Below, piece after piece: positions 63,407 to 64,000 of a DNA stretch of 64,000 bases. Position 1 is the stretch's first letter. The number at the start of each line of letters is the position of its first letter. Source of the stretch: an uncultured Gemmatimonadales bacterium (lineage in GTDB: Bacteria > Gemmatimonadota > Gemmatimonadetes > Gemmatimonadales > Gemmatimonadaceae); assembly GCA_963701965.1 (NCBI GenBank), contig OY969695.1:2976001-3040000 (forward strand). The letters are read 5' to 3'. The notes under the pieces were generated by a model. The model was not told the origin of the DNA. It did no database searches and worked only from the letters and a program-made list of their open reading frames with translations. The position numbers were made by a program, and so were the translations under genes.

Positions 63407-63428
63407 GAGGCCAAGTATACTTCGTGTC

Positions 63429-64000
63429 ATGGCGCCCCAGTTTATCTACGTAATGAAAGGCTTGCGCAAGGTCGTCCCGCCATCGCGGGAGATCCTGCGC
63501 GACATTTATCTGTCGTTTTACCCCGGAGCCAAGATCGGGGTGCTGGGCGCCAACGGCGCCGGCAAGTCGTCGCTGCTCCGCATCATGGCCGGCGTCGACC
63601 AGGACTTTCAGGGTGAAGCCTTCGCTCACGGGGGCACGCGTATCGGGTACCTGGCGCAGGAACCCCAACTCGACGCGTCCAAGGACGTGCGGGGCAACGT
63701 CGAGGAAGCCGTGCGCTCGACGCGCGCGCTCCTGACCCGGTTCGAGCAGATCTCGGCCAAGTTCGCCGAGCCAATGTCCGACGACGCAATGACCAAGCTG
63801 CTCGACGAGCAGGCTAAGGTGCAGGAGCGCATCGACGCCGTGAACGCGTGGGAGCTCGATCGCACGATCGAGATCGCGATGGACGCCTTGCGGCTCCCTC
63901 CTGGCGACGCCAATGTCGGCCGGCTGTCCGGCGGCGAGCGGCGCCGCGTCGCGCTCTGTCGCGTGCTGCTCGAAGAGCCCGACCTGCTGCTGATCGACGA
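63429..64000 (+). CDS. ettA: Energy-dependent translational throttle ABC-F protein (3'-truncated by window)
   Basis: Manual translation: MAPQFIYVMKGLRKVVPPSREILRDIYLSFYPGAKIGVLGANGAGKSSLL...LSGGERRRVALC. Confidence 0.93.
   Translation, partial: MAPQFIYVMKGLRKVVPPSREILRDIYLSFYPGAKIGVLGANGAGKSSLLRIMAGVDQDFQGEAFAHGGTRIGYLAQEPQLDASKDVRGNVEEAVRSTRALLTRFEQISAKFAEPMSDDAMTKLLDEQAKVQERIDAVNAWELDRTIEIAMDALRLPPGDANVGRLSGGERRRVALCRVLLEEPDLLLID

Overview
A high-GC bacterial chromosomal window, densely coding with about 57 CDS. I found no rRNA, tRNA, CRISPR array or mobile element. Gene content (eukaryotic-type Ser/Thr kinases, an ADOP-type permease, a plant/Chlamydia-type FabI, many exported peptidases) suggests Gemmatimonadota or a similar lineage; this is inference only. 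Main blocks: (1) a Kdp K+ uptake locus with kdpE, a kinase-only kdpD, two small membrane peptides including kdpF, kdpABC, an outer-membrane beta-barrel, a stand-alone KdpD-N/USP protein and a degenerate pseudo-histidine kinase; (2) exported beta-propeller, LysM, O-antigen-ligase-like and S9 peptidase genes; (3) ubiE/menG, tatA, a sigma-70 factor and an MCP; (4) a coupled operon of a PYROXD2-like oxidoreductase, a Rieske oxygenase, a sarcosine/N-methyltryptophan oxidase and an M20 peptidase; (5) alkA/nfo, kinases, lspA, a SET protein and an M1 peptidase; (6) a HEAT-repeat/HD-GYP pair, fabI, a PLD, a permease and ettA. Cross-cutting signals: eight +1 frameshifts, seven of them at or next to CATC/GATG (probably modification-linked sequencing error); widespread leaderless promoters, three of them symmetric and bidirectional; a perfect CRP box; and recurrent CTAG-flanked GCGAAGC hairpins.
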